A DNA stretch of 64,000 nucleotides from Anaerolineales bacterium (GCA_046483045.1 JAWODY010000084.1:6806-70805); one strand, 5' to 3'. Positions 8,318 through 17,834 are shown, numbered from the stretch's first letter. Numbers and translations: made by a program. The notes: generated from the sequence alone by a model not told the origin.

Positions 8318-9676
8318 ATGAAAACTTCAGTCAAGAAGGCCAACCTTAAAAAGAGAGACCGCTGGTTGTGGTATTTATATGATGTCGGAAATTCAGCTTA
8401 CGCCGCTGTGGTCATTCTCGCTATTTATGCAGCATATTTCAAAGAACATGTTGTTGGCGGGGTGGAAGGCTCTCGATTATGGGGGATTTCCGTGGGGATC
8501 GCTATGCTGGTGGTAGCCATTATTGCTCCCGTTCTGGGTGTGATTGCTGATTTCGCGGGCAGCAAAAAGCGTTTTTTACTCTTTTTCACGATCCTCTCCT
8601 GCGGTTCCACAGCCAGTTTGTTTTTTGTTCAAAAAGGGGATATCCTTTTAGGGATGGTGCTTTTCATTTTAGCTGAAATCGGATACCGCGGGGGTCAGGT
8701 CTTTTACAATTCGCTCCTGCCGGAAATCGCGGATCGAGAAGAATTTGGTCGGGTATCCGGTTATGGTTGGGCCATTGGTTTACTGGGGGGCATTGTGTGC
8801 TTGCTTCTCGTTCTGGGATTGGTGATGAGCTTTGAAGGTACATGGATGGTCCGGTTTTCCTTGGTGATCACAGCCCTGTATTTTGCGATCTTTGCAACCC
8901 CATTATTCCTGTGGTTGCGAGAGAAGGCAGAACATAAACCTTTGCAGAAAGGGGAAAACTATTTGACTGTCGCGGTAGATCGGTTAAAAAAGACTTTTAA
9001 CTCCGTTCGGGATCACGGGGAGTTCATCAAATACATCATCGCTTTTTTGATATATAACGATGGGATCTTGATGATGATCAACTTCGCAGCTATCTTTGGT
9101 GTGGTCATGTTTGGCCTGGCCCAGCAGCAGATCATTCTCTTCATGATCCTCATTCAATTCACAAGTGTAATCGGCGCGTTTTTCTCGGGGTGGTTAACCG
9201 ACTTCATTTCTGCCAAGAAAACGCTGGTCATTTTCCTGATCTTGATGTTGGGTACAGCGGTGGGGTTGTTTTTCACCGAAACCGTCCGGAATTTTTACAT
9301 CATGGGCGGGTTGGCAGGGTTGGCCCTCTCCTCCGTGCAGGCAGTGAGCCGGGCCATGGTTGGAAAATTGAGTCCTGCTGGGCGCAGTGCGGAATTTTAC
9401 GGCTTTTTTGCGGTTGCCGGTCGGACTTCTTCGTTTATCGGCCCTACGGTGTATGGTTGGGTAGCGGCAGAGACCGCTTTATGGTTTGAAGCTCGAGGTA
9501 CGACGGATTCCTTCCTGTGGTTTGAATTTTTAAGGGAGGGGACTAATTTTGCAGAGCAAATTGGCCAGCGAGCAGCGATTATCCCTGTGGTTCTTTTTCT
9601 CGTGGTCGGGTTAGCGCTCTTGTACTCTGTGGATGAAAAAGGCGCAGCAGCCCGGCTGGATGGGCCGACATCGTGA
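8318..9676 (+). CDS. MFS transporter, UMF1/Atg22-like family
   Basis: There are about 12 hydrophobic segments. The N-terminus RWLWYLYDVGNSAYAAVV is typical of Atg22-like MFS proteins. ATG 8318 has an AAGGA-type RBS, whereas the track start 8297 has none. Confidence 0.8.
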   Translation: MKTSVKKANLKKRDRWLWYLYDVGNSAYAAVVILAIYAAYFKEHVVGGVEGSRLWGISVGIAMLVVAIIAPVLGVIADFAGSKKRFLLFFTILSCGSTASLFFVQKGDILLGMVLFILAEIGYRGGQVFYNSLLPEIADREEFGRVSGYGWAIGLLGGIVCLLLVLGLVMSFEGTWMVRFSLVITALYFAIFATPLFLWLREKAEHKPLQKGENYLTVAVDRLKKTFNSVRDHGEFIKYIIAFLIYNDGILMMINFAAIFGVVMFGLAQQQIILFMILIQFTSVIGAFFSGWLTDFISAKKTLVIFLILMLGTAVGLFFTETVRNFYIMGGLAGLALSSVQAVSRAMVGKLSPAGRSAEFYGFFAVAGRTSSFIGPTVYGWVAAETALWFEARGTTDSFLWFEFLREGTNFAEQIGQRAAIIPVVLFLVVGLALLYSVDEKGAAARLDGPTS

Positions 9677-9686
9677 GCTGCGAGGG

Positions 9687-10970
9687 TCAGGTCACCGACA
9701 GATATTCCTCTGAATATTGTAAATACTCCTTCTCTTTCACGATTTGCTCCATACGCCCGACAGCCTGGTGAAGATCCAGAAAGGTTGTATAAAGAGGGGC
9801 AATGCCTAAACGCACATTGTCGGGCTCGCGGAAATCGGGTATGACACGAATGTCCCCATCTTGAGGTTCAATTAATACCCTGCAGATGCGGTAAGCTTCA
9901 GGATGTTGAAGCGTGACATGGGAGCCGCGCTTACTCGCGTCTGTGGGTGAGCCTAGTTTGTAGCCCAGGGGGAAAAGAAATTCTCGGGCTAGGTAGATCA
10001 AGTATTCTGATTGTTGCGTGGATTTTTGGCGAAGGTTATTGATACCCGCCTTGAGAATGATTTCCAGAGCCGGTTCCACAGCAAGCAGCGAAAGCATGTG
10101 AGGAGTGCTGATTTGAAACCTGGTTAAATCCCGGGCAGGTGTGAAATCTAGGTCAAAATTGAAGGGTGCTTGGGCTCCAAACCAGCCCCAGATGGGAGGG
10201 ATTAATTTGTCTTGTAGGTCACGGCGGACGTATAAAAACGCGGGCGCGCCCGGCCCACCGTTGAGATATTTATAGGTGCAGCCCACGGCCAGATCGACAT
10301 CCCAATCATGGAGTTCCAGGGGGACCGCACCTGCTGAATGCGAAAGGTCCCAGAGGGTCAGGGCACCCGCCTGGTGCGCGAGATGGGTCACTTTTTCCAT
10401 GTCATACATGAAAGCGCTCTTAAACGATACATGGGAAAGCGTAACCAGGGCTGTGTCGTCACCGATTCTCTCCCGGCAGTTCTCCAAAGGAACGGAGAGG
10501 GTTTGATCTGAGGGGATGAGGTCCAGACGGTGTTCCTCTCCCATGAGATCGCTGATCCCCTGCAGGATATACAGGTCACTGGGGAAATTCAACGCGTCGC
10601 TGAGGATGGTTTTCCTTTCAGGTCGGGCCTGAAGGGCAGCCAGAGCCAATTTATAAAGGTTGATGGATGTCGTATCACAGACGATGACCTCGTCCGGACG
10701 CGCTCCAATGATCTCTGCTATTTTTGCTCCTACCTCTGCCGGTTTCTTGATCCAGCCGTCGTTCCAGCCCCGGATCAGGCGTTCACCCCACTGATGCTCG
10801 ATGGCATATTTCATGTGATCCGGGGTGGCTTGGGGAAGCCTGCCAAGTGAATTACCATCCAAATAGATCAGCGTTGGATCCTGGATGACGAATTGGTCCC
10901 GGAAAGGGGAGAGGTCATCTTGCGCGTCGAGCTGTTTGGCAAAGGAAGTTTTTGTGGAGTTAAATTTCAT
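9687..10970 (-). CDS. kynU: kynureninase (PLP-dependent)
   Basis: 427 aa. The N-terminal DDLSPFRDQFVIQDPTLIYLDGNSLGRLP and later GCTYKYLNGGPGAPAFLYV (PLP-lysine region) match the kynureninase family. Confidence 0.85.
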   Translation of the reverse strand: MKFNSTKTSFAKQLDAQDDLSPFRDQFVIQDPTLIYLDGNSLGRLPQATPDHMKYAIEHQWGERLIRGWNDGWIKKPAEVGAKIAEIIGARPDEVIVCDTTSINLYKLALAALQARPERKTILSDALNFPSDLYILQGISDLMGEEHRLDLIPSDQTLSVPLENCRERIGDDTALVTLSHVSFKSAFMYDMEKVTHLAHQAGALTLWDLSHSAGAVPLELHDWDVDLAVGCTYKYLNGGPGAPAFLYVRRDLQDKLIPPIWGWFGAQAPFNFDLDFTPARDLTRFQISTPHMLSLLAVEPALEIILKAGINNLRQKSTQQSEYLIYLAREFLFPLGYKLGSPTDASKRGSHVTLQHPEAYRICRVLIEPQDGDIRVIPDFREPDNVRLGIAPLYTTFLDLHQAVGRMEQIVKEKEYLQYSEEYLSVT

Positions 10971-11018
10971 CTTTTTCTTCCTCGATTGAAAAACCTGATT
11001 TATGCCGGATATCCCTTT

Positions 11019-11645
11019 TTACTTGGTGAGGCGGTCCAGAATTACAGGCAGGACCGTTTCTCCCCAGATCTGGTACATCTTCCCAGAATAATGTAGCCCA
11101 TCTTCCGCCAAGAATGCATTTGCCTCTCTCGCCCTTCTGGATAGAGGGGTGATGTCCACGTACCGGACCCCCATTGTCTTTGTTAGATGGCGGTTGATGT
11201 TATTGAAACGTTCAATCTCAGCCCTTATTTGAACCTGGTCCCGTGCTTTCACGAATGGGGTCACACTCCAGTCCGGGATGGAAAGCACGATCACCCTTGT
11301 CGGATTGCCGGCTGTGAAAGAAAGGGATGTCTCTAAGAGGATTCCGAAGTGTTTTCTATATTCATCGACAGGTACGCCGTCATATTGGTCGTTGACCCCG
11401 ATCTGCAGGCTGACCAGATGGAAGCTCCTGGGTAATGACGTTGACTCAAGGGTTTTGATCAGATCTGCGCTGGTCCACCCGTTTTGGGCGATGATCCAGG
11501 GGTCCTTCATAGGGACTCCAGCATCTCTGACCAGGGAAATTAATTTTCGCGGCCAACTCTCAGCAGCCGGGACTCCCGTGCCAATGGTATAAGAATTGCC
11601 GAGGGCGAGGAACCGATAGGGAGGAGAGAAAAATGGATCACCCAT
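11019..11645 (-). CDS. SGNH/GDSL hydrolase-family protein
   Basis: Block I LALGNSYTIGTG, block III GVNDQ and block V DGLHYS. Confidence 0.8.
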   Translation of the reverse strand: MGDPFFSPPYRFLALGNSYTIGTGVPAAESWPRKLISLVRDAGVPMKDPWIIAQNGWTSADLIKTLESTSLPRSFHLVSLQIGVNDQYDGVPVDEYRKHFGILLETSLSFTAGNPTRVIVLSIPDWSVTPFVKARDQVQIRAEIERFNNINRHLTKTMGVRYVDITPLSRRAREANAFLAEDGLHYSGKMYQIWGETVLPVILDRLTK

Positions 11646-11725
11646 AGAAAGAAGGCGTGTTTACAGGTGTGAGCTGCAGTTGGATCTAACTGTACTGTAG
11701 GATAAGGGAATTGGGGAGACCCTCA

Positions 11726-12964
11726 TCACCCTTCCTTTACGATCCTCCGGAAGCGCCGTTTTCCTACCCTCAGTACACCCGGTCCCGGGAAATCCTGGTA
11801 GGGATCGAGTATTTTTTCATCATCCAAACGGACAGCTTTTTGTTTGATCATTCGCCGGGCCTGACTCCGGCTGTCCACAAGCCCGCTTTCGTCCAAGACA
11901 TCCAGCACGGTTTGTCCTTCCTGGAGTATGTATTCATCCATCTCCTCAGGTTCGCCCTCCTGCTGGAAGACGCGCACGAATTCCTTTTCAGCTTCCTGTG
12001 CTGTGCTCTCCCCGTGATAAATAGTGACGATTTCTCTGGCCAGTTTCATCTTCGCCTTTTTGGGGTGAAGATCCCCATCCTCAAGAGCGCGTTCAAGTTC
12101 CTGGATCTCATCCGGGTCCCACCGGGTGACCAAGCGGAAGTAGGTGGGCATGACATGGTCCGGCAAACTCATTACCTTTCCGTACATGTCCTTGGGATCG
12201 CCGGCGATGGGGATGTCGTTACCGATGGATTTGCTCATCCGCACCTCCCCGTCTGTGCCGGGAAGGATGGACATGGTGATGGCGATGTTCGGTTTTTTCC
12301 CTTTGGAGAACATCAGTTTTCGGGCTGCAGTCAGGATATTGAATAACTGGTCACTGCCCCCGATCTGCACATCTGCATCCAGGTGGTAGGCGTCATAACC
12401 CTGCATCAGGGCGTAGAAAAACTCGTGAAGGTGGATAGGATCGTTGCGGTTGAAACGTTCCTTGAACTTTTCCCGGCTTAAAAACTGCTGCACGGTGAAA
12501 AGGGCGCTGAATTCAATCACGTCCTCAAAGGTCAGCTTCGAGAGCCAGTCCGCATTGTAGCGGATGAGGGTTTCTTTTCGGTCTAGGATTTTGTAGGCCT
12601 GTTCTGCGTAGGTGCGGGCGTTTTCTTCTACCTCAGCAGGAGAAAGGCGGGGACGGGCTTGATCTTTGTCAGAGGGGTCACCGATCAGGGAAGTGAAACT
12701 GCCAATCACGAAGATCACTTGGTGTCCCAGCTCCTGGAACTGCCGCAGCTTGCGCATGGTCACGGTGTGCCCCAGATGCAGATCCGGCGCAGTGGGGTCA
12801 TAGCCGCAGTACACGCGCAGGGGTCGATCTTCCTTTTCGGCTTCGATTAGGCGCTCGCGCAGTTCGTCCGCCATGGCAGCCCTGAGGGTTTCATCACCGT
12901 AATCAGCTCCCTGCATCAAGTAGGTGACTTTTTGATCAATGGTCATGTCCTTTTTCTTCTCCAT
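11726..12964 (-). CDS. tyrS: tyrosine--tRNA ligase
   Basis: HIGH-type motif PDLHLGHTV, KMSKS-type motif RMSKSIGN and a C-terminal S4-like domain (SQARRMIKQKAVRLDDEKI). The start is set at ATG 12964 (MEKKKDMTIDQ), because the longer track ORF runs into the leader terminator. Confidence 0.9.
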   Translation of the reverse strand: MEKKKDMTIDQKVTYLMQGADYGDETLRAAMADELRERLIEAEKEDRPLRVYCGYDPTAPDLHLGHTVTMRKLRQFQELGHQVIFVIGSFTSLIGDPSDKDQARPRLSPAEVEENARTYAEQAYKILDRKETLIRYNADWLSKLTFEDVIEFSALFTVQQFLSREKFKERFNRNDPIHLHEFFYALMQGYDAYHLDADVQIGGSDQLFNILTAARKLMFSKGKKPNIAITMSILPGTDGEVRMSKSIGNDIPIAGDPKDMYGKVMSLPDHVMPTYFRLVTRWDPDEIQELERALEDGDLHPKKAKMKLAREIVTIYHGESTAQEAEKEFVRVFQQEGEPEEMDEYILQEGQTVLDVLDESGLVDSRSQARRMIKQKAVRLDDEKILDPYQDFPGPGVLRVGKRRFRRIVKEG

Positions 12965-13250
12965 GTCTTTCTCCCGGTTTTGCTTAATGATTGCAAAATA
13001 AAACGCCCCCAAGATGGAGGGCGTGGTCAGAAGCGAGCGCAGGTTTGATTTCACCCTTGCCGCTTCTAAGGTTTGAAATAATAGCTCACATGTGCCTTGT
13101 TTGACTTATCCATTAAAAACTTGCTTTCTGATTTTGAGCGTAAGAGCCTTGAATGGGTCCTTCCACTGTCTCTCGTTGGATGACATGGGATTCGGGGGTG
13201 AACTTGTCAGCTTTGTAATCCCTGTCTGGTACTTTCCCATTATATCAGAA
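12965..13250 (-). promoter_or_regulatory. tyrS leader: extended -10 promoter plus T-box-like Stem I elements and an intrinsic terminator (attenuator)
   Basis: Minus strand: TGATATAAT (13239-13247); AGAGA and AGTGGAA motifs; TAC (Tyr codon) at 13140-13142. ACGCCC(T)CC-atctt-GG(G)GGGCGT followed by TTTTATTTT (12996-13024) lies only about 30 nt before the tyrS ATG. The T-box core is non-canonical (AGGGTGaaatcaaACCtGCG). Confidence 0.45.
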
Positions 13251-13352
13251 TCTAACGCCCCATGTACGCCTCCGACCAGGTAAAATGCAGGAAGCAGAAT
13301 AGAGACGATCACCCGCCGCTGGATCGATAAACCACTATTTTCTAAGGGATTT

Positions 13353-16300
13353 TTATTCCACGACTTCCAGGCCCACTGTGAGTTTTTCTCCTTCGAATTC
13401 CGCTGAACTCACAAAGGATTCCTCTTTTGGAGCACCCTCCTCAAGATCAACTGCCAGGGTTTCTTCCATAATGTACTGTTTATGTTCCTGGATGGCTTCT
13501 TTGAGATTGGATGTGGCCTGGTAAGAGATCCGGATCCGGTCGGAGATGTCAAAGTCAGCTTGCTTGCGGAAATCCTGGATGCGGCGAACAACGTCCCTTG
13601 CCAGCCCTTCTTTTTTTAGATCGGGGGTGATCTCTGTGGAGAGGGCTGCCAGGTATGTTCCATCTGAAGCAACTTCCAGGCCCTCCTTCGCCTGGGCCCT
13701 TACCTCCACTTCTTCCGGTAAGATTTTAAGCTCTTCGCCTTCCACAGTGACAAAAATGGGCTCTTCATTAAGCAGCTTCTCCGCGGCTTCCTTCTGATCA
13801 AGGTCGAGAATAGCTTCCCGGACCTTGGGGAAGAGCGCCTGGTATTTCTGACCCAACTGGCGGGGATATGGGTTGAGGTTGTGAGTCACGGCTTCGTCTG
13901 CAGAGCTGAGGATTTGAATTTCTTTCACATTTAATTCGTCCGTGAGGATGTCCGTATATGATTTGAGAGTTTGGGCTTCGGAGGCGCTACCCACAGAGAA
14001 GGAGACCTCCGATAGAGGCTGGCGCACTTTGATGCCGGAGTTGTTACGCGCTGCATGACCCAGAGAGGCAAGTTTCATGATCAGTGACATGTCTTCGTTC
14101 AATTTTTCATCGATCAGCTCTCGCTTAAACTCAGGCCAGTCTTCAAGATGGACGGAGAGTTCAGCATCCTTTTCCACGCTTCCCACCAGATTGCGGTACA
14201 TGGCATCAGCTAAGAACGGCATGGTGGGCGCAAGCAGTTTGCTGAGGGTGACCAGCACTTCATACAATATTGTATAGGCTGCGTTTTTATCTGCGTCCGC
14301 TTCACTCTTCCAATACCGGCGCCGGGAACGGCGCAGATACCAGTTGGAGAGTACATCGACAAACTCCTGGATGGGGCGCGTGGCCCGGAGCACATCATAA
14401 TCCTCAAATGCCCGGGTGATGTCTTTGATCAGGGTATGTAATTCTGAACGGAGCCATTGGTCAAGAGGGTTGAAATCCCGGGGCTCTTCATTCCTGGGGT
14501 CCCATTCGTCGATATTGGCATAGGTGACAAAGAATGAATACACATTCCACACGGTGAGGGTGAAATTCCGAACTACCTCTCCAACAAGGTTTGTAGAAAA
14601 ACGCCGCTCCTGTCCGGGAGGGCTGGCCGTGTAGAGATACCAACGGAAGGCATCCGCACCGTGCTTTTTGAGGACATCCCAGGGACTGACCACGTTTCCG
14701 CGGGACTTAGACATCTTCTGGCCCTCTTCGTCCAAAATCAAGCCTAGACAGATCACATTCTTAAAACTTTCTTCGTCAAACAACAGGGTGCTGATTGCAT
14801 GTAGGGAATAGAACCAGCCCCGGGTCTGGTCAACCGCTTCGCAAATGAAGTCCGCAGGATGCTGTTCCTGGAATTTCTCTTCGTTTTCAAAGGGATAATG
14901 CCATTGTGCATGCTGCATAGCGCCGGAGTCAAACCAGACATCGATCAACTCCGGGACCCGATTCATGGTCCCTTCACATTCCGGGCAGGGCAGGACGACT
15001 TCGTCCACATAGGGACGGTGTAAGTCCAGGTCAGACAGGTCCTGACCGCTTTGCTGACTCAATTCCTGGACGGATCCCAAAGCGGTTTGATGGTGGCACT
15101 CATCGCATTCCCAGATGGGTAGCGGGGTTCCCCAGTAGCGTTCCCGCCCCAGGGCCCAGTCGACGTTGTTTTCCAGCCAGTTACCAAAACGCCCATTTTT
15201 GATGTGTTCAGGACGCCAGTTGATGCGCTGGTTGTATTCTAAAAGCTTGTCCTTGTATTCTGTGGTTCGGATGTACCATGTGCCCCGGGCGTAATACAGA
15301 AGGGGGGTGTCACACCGCCAGCAAAATGGGTAGGTGTGCATATAGGTCCTGACGTCAAACAGCAGACCCCGGTTTTCTAAGTCTTCGAGGATCAAGGGGT
15401 CAGCGTCCTTGACGAACATTCCGCTCCAGGGCCGGACATCAGCTGTGAACCGGCCATCTGGATTGACTGTCATCAGCACGGGAAGATCGTGTTCCAACGC
15501 AGCATCCATGTCCTCTTCGCCAAAGGCGGGAGCGAGGTGTACGATACCGGATCCGTCTTCGGTGGTCACAAAATCTTCCAGAATGACCCGGTAGGCGGGT
15601 TTGTCAGGATCGACGAAGGTAAACAAGGGACGGTATTTTTTCCCTTTTAATTTCTTACCTGGAAAACTTTTTATGACCTCGACTTTCTCCTCCTGGAAGA
15701 CGTTTTCAAGCAGCGGACGAGCGAGGATCAAGCGTTCCTTACCCCCCTCGGTATCAGGCAATGTCCGTTCTACGAGTACATATTCTTCATCCGGGTGTGC
15801 AGCCACGGCCACGTTGCCGGGCAGCGTCCAGGGCGTGGTTGTCCAAACCAGGAGGGATGTATTTGGTTCGTCTGCCAGGGGCATACGCACGAAAACGGAA
15901 GGATCCTCGGTCTCTTCATATCCCTGGGCAACCTCATGATCCGAGAGCGGAGTCCCGCAGCGAGGGCAGTAAGGGACGACTTTATAACCTTGGTAAAGCA
16001 GGTCCTGATCCCATAATTTTTTTAATGACCACCACACGGATTCAATATACTCGTTTTTGTAGGTGATATAAGCCCGGTCCAGGTCAACCCAGAACCCGAT
16101 CCGGTCCGTCATCCGCTCCCACTCCTGGATGTATGTGAAGACGGATTCCCGGCACAGTTCGTTGAAGCGGTCTATCCCGTATTCCTCGATCTCGCTCTTC
16201 TCTGTGAACCCGAGTTTCTTTTCGATTTCGATTTCCACTGGCAGCCCGTGCGTGTCCCATCCCCCGCGGCGGTCGACATGATACCCGCGCATGGTTTTAT

Positions 16301-16511
16301 AACGGGGGAACATATCTTTAAAGACGCGAGCTAAAACATGATGCACACCTGGGCGGCCGTTAGCCGTTGGAGGGCCTTCAAAAAAGACATATTCCGGTCC
16401 GCCTTCTCTCTCGGTCATGGTTTTCTGGAAAATGCCTTTCTTTTTCCAGAATTGAAGGACACTTTCTTCTAATTCAGTGATATCCAGTTTGGATGAAATG
16501 GGTTTAAACAT
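13353..16511 (-). CDS. ileS: isoleucine--tRNA ligase (type 2, long form), 1052 aa
   Basis: PPTANGRPGVHHVLAR (HIGH region), KMSKSRGN, GRERYWGTPLPIW and CPRCGT/CWRC zinc motifs. The start is set at ATG 16511 (MFKPISSKLDITELEE), because the track extension runs into the leader terminator. An Ile-specific T-box lies upstream. Confidence 0.95.
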   Translation of the reverse strand: MFKPISSKLDITELEESVLQFWKKKGIFQKTMTEREGGPEYVFFEGPPTANGRPGVHHVLARVFKDMFPRYKTMRGYHVDRRGGWDTHGLPVEIEIEKKLGFTEKSEIEEYGIDRFNELCRESVFTYIQEWERMTDRIGFWVDLDRAYITYKNEYIESVWWSLKKLWDQDLLYQGYKVVPYCPRCGTPLSDHEVAQGYEETEDPSVFVRMPLADEPNTSLLVWTTTPWTLPGNVAVAAHPDEEYVLVERTLPDTEGGKERLILARPLLENVFQEEKVEVIKSFPGKKLKGKKYRPLFTFVDPDKPAYRVILEDFVTTEDGSGIVHLAPAFGEEDMDAALEHDLPVLMTVNPDGRFTADVRPWSGMFVKDADPLILEDLENRGLLFDVRTYMHTYPFCWRCDTPLLYYARGTWYIRTTEYKDKLLEYNQRINWRPEHIKNGRFGNWLENNVDWALGRERYWGTPLPIWECDECHHQTALGSVQELSQQSGQDLSDLDLHRPYVDEVVLPCPECEGTMNRVPELIDVWFDSGAMQHAQWHYPFENEEKFQEQHPADFICEAVDQTRGWFYSLHAISTLLFDEESFKNVICLGLILDEEGQKMSKSRGNVVSPWDVLKKHGADAFRWYLYTASPPGQERRFSTNLVGEVVRNFTLTVWNVYSFFVTYANIDEWDPRNEEPRDFNPLDQWLRSELHTLIKDITRAFEDYDVLRATRPIQEFVDVLSNWYLRRSRRRYWKSEADADKNAAYTILYEVLVTLSKLLAPTMPFLADAMYRNLVGSVEKDAELSVHLEDWPEFKRELIDEKLNEDMSLIMKLASLGHAARNNSGIKVRQPLSEVSFSVGSASEAQTLKSYTDILTDELNVKEIQILSSADEAVTHNLNPYPRQLGQKYQALFPKVREAILDLDQKEAAEKLLNEEPIFVTVEGEELKILPEEVEVRAQAKEGLEVASDGTYLAALSTEITPDLKKEGLARDVVRRIQDFRKQADFDISDRIRISYQATSNLKEAIQEHKQYIMEETLAVDLEEGAPKEESFVSSAEFEGEKLTVGLEVVE

Positions 16512-16529
16512 AACGTACCTCAATGTAGG

Positions 16530-16854
16530 TAAGATAAAAAAAACTCCCAACCCCAACAGGGGCGAGAGTATAATTCACGCGGTACCACCCTGGTTCCCAC
16601 AGTTTGCGGGCACTCAGTCAAACACGCATGACGGAGGAGTCAATGGATGTTTGTGCGCCTATAACGGGGGCAAATCCGGCTTCCCTACTGCTGCCTGGTC
16701 TCAGGGCTGGTTCGGGTTACAGCTCCGGAAGGATGTTCAGATTGGGTTTCCTGTCCCGGCTTCCACCGTATCCGGGTTCGCTGGCAGGATAAATCAATCT
16801 TACTCGTTTCTATCACAGCTTTTTGGTTTCTCAGTTGTCAGGGAAATTATGCCA
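16530..16854 (-). promoter_or_regulatory. T-box riboswitch leader of ileS, with promoter and terminator/antiterminator
   Basis: Minus strand: canonical T-box AGGGTGGTACCGCG (16578-16591). Terminator CTCTCGCCCC-tgtt-GGGGTTGGGAG followed by T8 (16536-16567). Stem I motifs AGCGA and GGTGGAA. Candidate ATC specifier at 16732-16734. Promoter TTGACC (16869-16874) and TGgCATAAT (16846-16854). Confidence 0.85.
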
Positions 16855-16965
16855 CAAATGAAAGCGTTGGTCAACGGCTGGATAAAAATCACTTGTTCTT
16901 CCTGCATGCTCTCTTTGATCAAAGGGTGGGGAGCAAAATGATGAAGGCTGCGGGAGATTTGGATC

Positions 16966-16993
16966 TTGACAATAATTTAGGAAAACCTAAAAT
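16966..16993 (+). promoter_or_regulatory. promoter of the DtxR-family gene with an embedded palindromic operator
   Basis: TTGACA (16966-16971), 16-nt spacer, TAAAAT (16988-16993). The spacer contains the inverted repeat TTTAGG-aaaa-CCTAAA (16976-16991), which resembles the TTAGG/CCTAA arms of DtxR/IdeR boxes. A further TTAGGTTCA lies about 10 nt downstream. Confidence 0.5.
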
Positions 16994-17029
16994 ATGGATT
17001 AGGTTCATAAAAATTTGGAGGATGAAGGT

Positions 17030-17704
17030 ATGGAAAGCCCTGTATCCGAGAGGGTGGAAGATTACTTGAAAGTCATTTACAACTTAACGACGGAGGCTGA
17101 ACGGGCCAGCACCGGGGAAATCGCGCGAGTCCTGAAAATTTCACCAGCCTCTGTCACGGATATGATTCAACGCCTGGCTGCGGAGAACCCCCCCTTGGTG
17201 GATTACCGGAGACATCAAGGTGTGGGTTTGACAGAAGAAGGAGAAAAAGTGGCCTTGGAAACCTTACGCCATCATCGCCTTTTGGAACTTTTTTTACATG
17301 AGTTGTTGGGATATTCTTGGGATCAGGTCCATGAGGAAGCGGACCGATTAGAGCATGTGATTTCAGAGTTTTTTGAGGAGAGGATTTCTGAGGTGTTGGG
17401 GGATCCTGAAAAAGGGTTATACGGGGAACCCATCCCCTCAGAAGAACTCCACGTTCCCGTTCGAGAAGATATTTGTTTACATGATATGCGACCGGGGCAG
17501 AGGGGTGTGATTCAGTCTGTGAAAGATGATGACCCCGGACTTTTAAAATACTTGAAAACCAACGGGCTGGTTCCGGGAGCAGGGTTTGAGGTGTTGGATT
17601 ATTCCCCTTACGATAATAATTTGCGCATAAGGGTAAAGGAGCATACCCAGGAGATCGTCCTGGGCGCCGCTGTCACAGCTCAAATATTCGTTGGCCTTCA
17701 ATGA
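17030..17704 (+). CDS. DtxR/IdeR/MntR-family metal-dependent transcriptional regulator with C-terminal FeoA/SH3-like domain
   Basis: VEDYLKVIYNL, ISPASVTDMIQRL, RHHRLLELFL and WDQVHEEADRLEHVIS (metal-ligand region), plus a C-terminal GQRGVIQSV...GLVPGAGFEV FeoA-like domain. ATG 17030 lies 8 nt after GGAGG. Confidence 0.9.
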   Translation: MESPVSERVEDYLKVIYNLTTEAERASTGEIARVLKISPASVTDMIQRLAAENPPLVDYRRHQGVGLTEEGEKVALETLRHHRLLELFLHELLGYSWDQVHEEADRLEHVISEFFEERISEVLGDPEKGLYGEPIPSEELHVPVREDICLHDMRPGQRGVIQSVKDDDPGLLKYLKTNGLVPGAGFEVLDYSPYDNNLRIRVKEHTQEIVLGAAVTAQIFVGLQ

Positions 17705-17834
17705 GTGCTGGGCGCGGATCAAAGGGACTTTGTCTGAGAGGGGAGCGCCATCCTACGCCGCTCCGTTTCAGAAGTCGATTCCCTGCAAGAGGAAATGAGG
17801 ATTCTTAACCTGATGGACATCATGAGGTGCACTT

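Noticed and set aside
11711-12346. 211-aa plus-strand ORF
   Set aside because: It is antisense to tyrS, whose HIGH, KMSKS and S4 motifs make the minus-strand frame certain.
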